64,000 bases of DNA from an uncultured Acidobacteriaceae bacterium (GTDB taxonomy: Bacteria > Acidobacteriota > Terriglobia > Terriglobales > Acidobacteriaceae): assembly GCA_963758385.1 (NCBI GenBank), contig CAVWVA010000002.1, forward strand, positions 659,393 through 723,392, in the 5' to 3' direction. Shown here piece by piece: positions 61,336 to 64,000 of this stretch. The notes under the pieces were generated by a model. It was not told the DNA's origin, searched no databases, and saw nothing but the letters and a program-made list of their open reading frames with translations. Each line of letters begins with the position of its first letter. Within the stretch, counting starts at the first letter, position 1. A program made the translations under genes and the position numbers.

Positions 61336-64000
61336 CTAGAAGTGAAATCCTAATTCCGCCGTCAGCGCTCGCGGCGTCACATAGTGCGTCCCGCTGAAGG
61401 TCGACAGGAAATTGTAAAGTGCGGTCTTGTTCGCCAGGTTCACACCGGTCACTTGAAGACTCCACTTATATCGATCCCCACGGAACAGGTTGTCCTCTCC
61501 GATCGAAGCGTCAAAGAGATTCCGCTGTTGAATGCGCGACGGATTACGGTCGTTATCGCCCGTGCCCGGGGCCGGAATGCTCAATAGCGTCGAACCATAT
61601 TCAGACGCAAGGCACGGCGACGGAAGAGGCGTCGTGGGCGTCGCCTTGAGGTCACCGCACGTGAGACCCGCCTCAAACTGTTGATCGGCGGTCAAGCTGC
61701 TGAGATCAACCGCCGGCTGCCCATCGAGTGTCGTTGAAGTTCCGGCGCACGCACTGTTCGGGTCGTTGGAGAGAGGGTTATAGCAGGGCGCCGATCCAGC
61801 AACCAGCCCGCTGTCAAAGCGCCAGTTGAAGCCGATCCATGGACTCCAGTGGAAGGGCAACTGGTATTGCACGTGGGTCGTCTGGTTGAATCGCTCGTCA
61901 TGATCGATCCGGAAGGGCAACCCAGGCTGGCCGACGGTTGCGCCTGCTCCAGCCACCTGTGGCGGAAAGAAACGAGCGGCAACGGAAGACATCACGACAA
62001 ATGCCGTGATGTTGTGAAAGTTCGGCACATCGGCGCGCAACGCAAAGCCGGGCACTTTCGAATTGTGCCAGTCAATGGGAAACGTGATGGGAGTATTTCC
62101 CAGCACGCTGAAGTCGAAGGCATTATGCGTGTACTTCCAGATGTATTCGCCGCTGAAGACAAGATTCTTGCCGAACGCCTGTTGTAGGCCGGCATGGAAT
62201 TCGTTGCGAAAACCGGGTTGCAGCGTGCCCTGTACGCCCGTTGAGCAAAGCAGCAGCGGCGACAGCACGTCATTCGCGCAGCCCTCACTCGAAAGCACAA
62301 GATTTTCATTGAAGGGGGTCTCCAGCGTTCGAGCATAGGAGGCGCGCAAAACGGTATTGGTCGGTTTGAAGCTGTAGGAAACACCCACCCGGGGTTCCGC
62401 TTGCGTGGCACTCGCCAGGCCGTTGTACAGGTCGCCGCGGATGCCAACGTTGAACAGCCAATTGCCGGCTTTGATGGAATCTTCGATATAGAGAGCCAGT
62501 TCCTTCACATCCGCATGGCCAAAATAGTTGTAATTCACGCCGCCTCGGGTGAGGTCATACGGCAGCAGGACCGGGTTGAAGGCGATATTGGGTTGGTAGC
62601 CCGAGGCAACACATTGTTCCGGGCTGCTGAATCCGTCCACCGGCTCTCCGAACCCATTCACACAAGGGGAATTGAAGGTGGGGGCCACGATACCCAGACT
62701 GTCACGCTCGCGGAGAAAGGTCTGGGAATAGATCACACCGCCCTTGATGCTCTGGTTTCCCTTGGTATAAGTGAGATCGGAATGGACCCCGGCATTCATG
62801 AGCGTTCGATATTGAGAAATCGTTTGGTTCTGCAGATTGGGCGGGCCAAGATCCGCCAGCGGATTCTCGCTGGGAAAGTACTGGTAGCTATCTTTGCGGA
62901 TGTAAGGACCAAAATTAAATACCGAGCTCTTGCCAAAGATACGCGTGTAGGTCGGCGCAATATCGAACGTTTCAATCTTGGAATGCTGGTCGGCATTGCC
63001 GACGTCGTTGCCAAATTGATCCAGCACATTCAGGTTGTCGTAGTTGTTGGGTGTTTGAAACCAGGAGCGGCTGTAGTTCAGGTTCATGTGTATCGCATCG
63101 ACTGGTGTGAATTGATAGTCCACGCGGTCAAACACGTTTTGTTCGTTCCCTTTATCGTGGAACACCACAAATTCCGGCGCATCCAGAAAACGGCCGGTAT
63201 TCAATCCATCGAGTTCGAAGAAATTACCCCATTTCTGCGAGCCGTACCCGACATCAATGCCCCCAGTCGCTGAGCCGAAGCTGCCATAGGAAGTTGTTAT
63301 GCTCCCTGTGGGTTTGGTCAGACCCTGTCCCGATCGCGTGGTTACTTCGATTACCAGGCTCGTTTTGTCGCCGTACTCCGCCGGGGGTGCACCAGCGATC
63401 ACCTGAATCGACTGGATGGAGTTGGATGGGATCTGGTTCGAGAAAACCTTGCTTTGCTGGTCGGTGATTGGCTGCCCGTCCACCGAAAACGAATTGGAAG
63501 CATGATCGCCGAGTCCATGGAAAAGCCCATTGGAATCCGCAGCGACTCCAGGGGTCGAGAGAGTCACCAGCGAGCTTACCGAGGAGGACGAGCTTTCGAG
63601 CGGCAGCTTCTCGATGAGACTGCGGTCAATGTCGGTGTGGAGCGAGGTGTCGTTCTCCACCAGGTCGTCTCCTGTGACTGTGACCGTGGTGGAGGCGCCA
63701 CCCACTTCCAGGTTAATGGCTGGGCTAACCGCCACCGTGGATCTTACCTGCACATCGGTGGTGAACTTGGCAAAGCCGGTTGCTGAGGCGACGAGATGAT
63801 AGGGATTGAAAGGCAGATTCGTAAATTGATAATGGCCCGCCGCATCGGTTGTGGCCGACCGTGACAGGCCGCTCACCGGGTTTTCGATAGTGACCGTTGC
63901 CCCGGGGATCACCGCACCCGAAGCATCTGTAACTGTTCCTGAAATCGTGCCGGCAGCGGACTGGGCAAGAACAATTGTAGCCAGCGATAGCAGAGCAATT
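61336..64000 (-). CDS. TonB-dependent receptor with an N-terminal carboxypeptidase-regulatory-like domain; the 5' end lies beyond the right window edge
   Basis: The frame stays open to position 64000 (..IALLSLATIVLAQSAAGTISGTVTDASGAVIPGATVTIENP...). Plug and barrel segments are present, and the C-terminus is the OMP-type ..LTAELGFHF. Confidence 0.8.
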   Translation of the reverse strand, partial: IALLSLATIVLAQSAAGTISGTVTDASGAVIPGATVTIENPVSGLSRSATTDAAGHYQFTNLPFNPYHLVASATGFAKFTTDVQVRSTVAVSPAINLEVGGASTTVTVTGDDLVENDTSLHTDIDRSLIEKLPLESSSSSVSSLVTLSTPGVAADSNGLFHGLGDHASNSFSVDGQPITDQQSKVFSNQIPSNSIQSIQVIAGAPPAEYGDKTSLVIEVTTRSGQGLTKPTGSITTSYGSFGSATGGIDVGYGSQKWGNFFELDGLNTGRFLDAPEFVVFHDKGNEQNVFDRVDYQFTPVDAIHMNLNYSRSWFQTPNNYDNLNVLDQFGNDVGNADQHSKIETFDIAPTYTRIFGKSSVFNFGPYIRKDSYQYFPSENPLADLGPPNLQNQTISQYRTLMNAGVHSDLTYTKGNQSIKGGVIYSQTFLRERDSLGIVAPTFNSPCVNGFGEPVDGFSSPEQCVASGYQPNIAFNPVLLPYDLTRGGVNYNYFGHADVKELALYIEDSIKAGNWLFNVGIRGDLYNGLASATQAEPRVGVSYSFKPTNTVLRASYARTLETPFNENLVLSSEGCANDVLSPLLLCSTGVQGTLQPGFRNEFHAGLQQAFGKNLVFSGEYIWKYTHNAFDFSVLGNTPITFPIDWHNSKVPGFALRADVPNFHNITAFVVMSSVAARFFPPQVAGAGATVGQPGLPFRIDHDERFNQTTHVQYQLPFHWSPWIGFNWRFDSGLVAGSAPCYNPLSNDPNSACAGTSTTLDGQPAVDLSSLTADQQFEAGLTCGDLKATPTTPLPSPCLASEYGSTLLSIPAPGTGDNDRNPSRIQQRNLFDASIGEDNLFRGDRYKWSLQVTGVNLANKTALYNFLSTFSGTHYVTPRALTAELGFHF

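Noticed and set aside
62401-63273. 290-aa plus-strand ORF.
   Set aside because: It is antisense to the TonB-dependent receptor gene, whose frame is supported by the CarboxypepD_reg, plug and barrel segments and the terminal Phe.
1-64000. A scan of all intergenic spacers over 80 nt for tRNA-like cloverleaf ends, rRNA, riboswitch boxes (B12 box, GEMM-type motifs), IS inverted repeats, integrase or transposase motifs, and toxin-antitoxin pairs.
   Set aside because: I saw nothing convincing by eye. A covariance-model scan (Rfam, tRNAscan) would be the decisive check, and I could not run it.

Overview
This is a 64-kb, moderately GC-rich bacterial chromosomal window that appears to be entirely protein-coding. 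I recognised no rRNA, tRNA, CRISPR array, transposase or integrase. The gene content looks like Acidobacteriota (Terriglobia-like); this is an inference, not a search result. It rests on a CarboxypepD_reg-type TonB-dependent receptor, an orphan MacB/FtsX permease, secreted S53/S10/M28/M1/M23 peptidases, three DinB-fold and two YciI/DGPF proteins, and an ECF42-type sigma factor.

Layout:
- 1-12.1 kb: exopolysaccharide locus (GT4, GT26, GH10, GT2, GT4, GT4, acyltransferase-3, Wzc-like, Wza-like, Wzy/O-antigen-ligase-like).
- 12.3-24.7 kb: glutathione peroxidase, Tat-exported TIM-barrel isomerase, a large clan GH-A hydrolase, M28 peptidase, a DeoR / SIS / PfkB sugar module, esterase, DUF3455 protein, methyltransferase.
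- 24.7-27.8 kb: SnoaL / DGPF / DinB / DGPF / ECF42 sigma module with a candidate ECF promoter.
- 27.9-36.1 kb: NTF2-like lipoprotein, S53 sedolisin, DinB-like protein, M1-like peptidase, FtsX permease, DinB.
- 36.1-44.5 kb: glycolate module. aceB-glcF-glcE-glcD on the minus strand, divergent from an LctP-family permease and a beta-hydroxyacid dehydrogenase.
- 44.8-64 kb: B12-binding radical SAM enzyme, small secreted proteins, S10 carboxypeptidase, Zn-ADH, secreted TPR-CHAT protein, M23 peptidase, FKBP, Hsp70-like ATPase, copper amine oxidase, DUF3011 + EF-hand pair, TonB-dependent receptor.

The most striking observation is not a gene family. At least 18 reading-frame lesions (16 single-base frameshifts and 2 in-frame stops) fall in 12 otherwise well-conserved genes. 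They cluster at 31-40 kb and 47.3-50.9 kb and are mostly 1-nt insertions outside homopolymers, often in pairs 40-110 nt apart. One pair in the S10 peptidase is self-compensating and invisible in the ORF track. I cannot tell from the sequence alone whether this is real gene decay (notably of three of four genes in the glycolate-oxidase/malate-synthase operon) or an under-polished consensus. All product calls come from motif recognition by eye; no database search was run.
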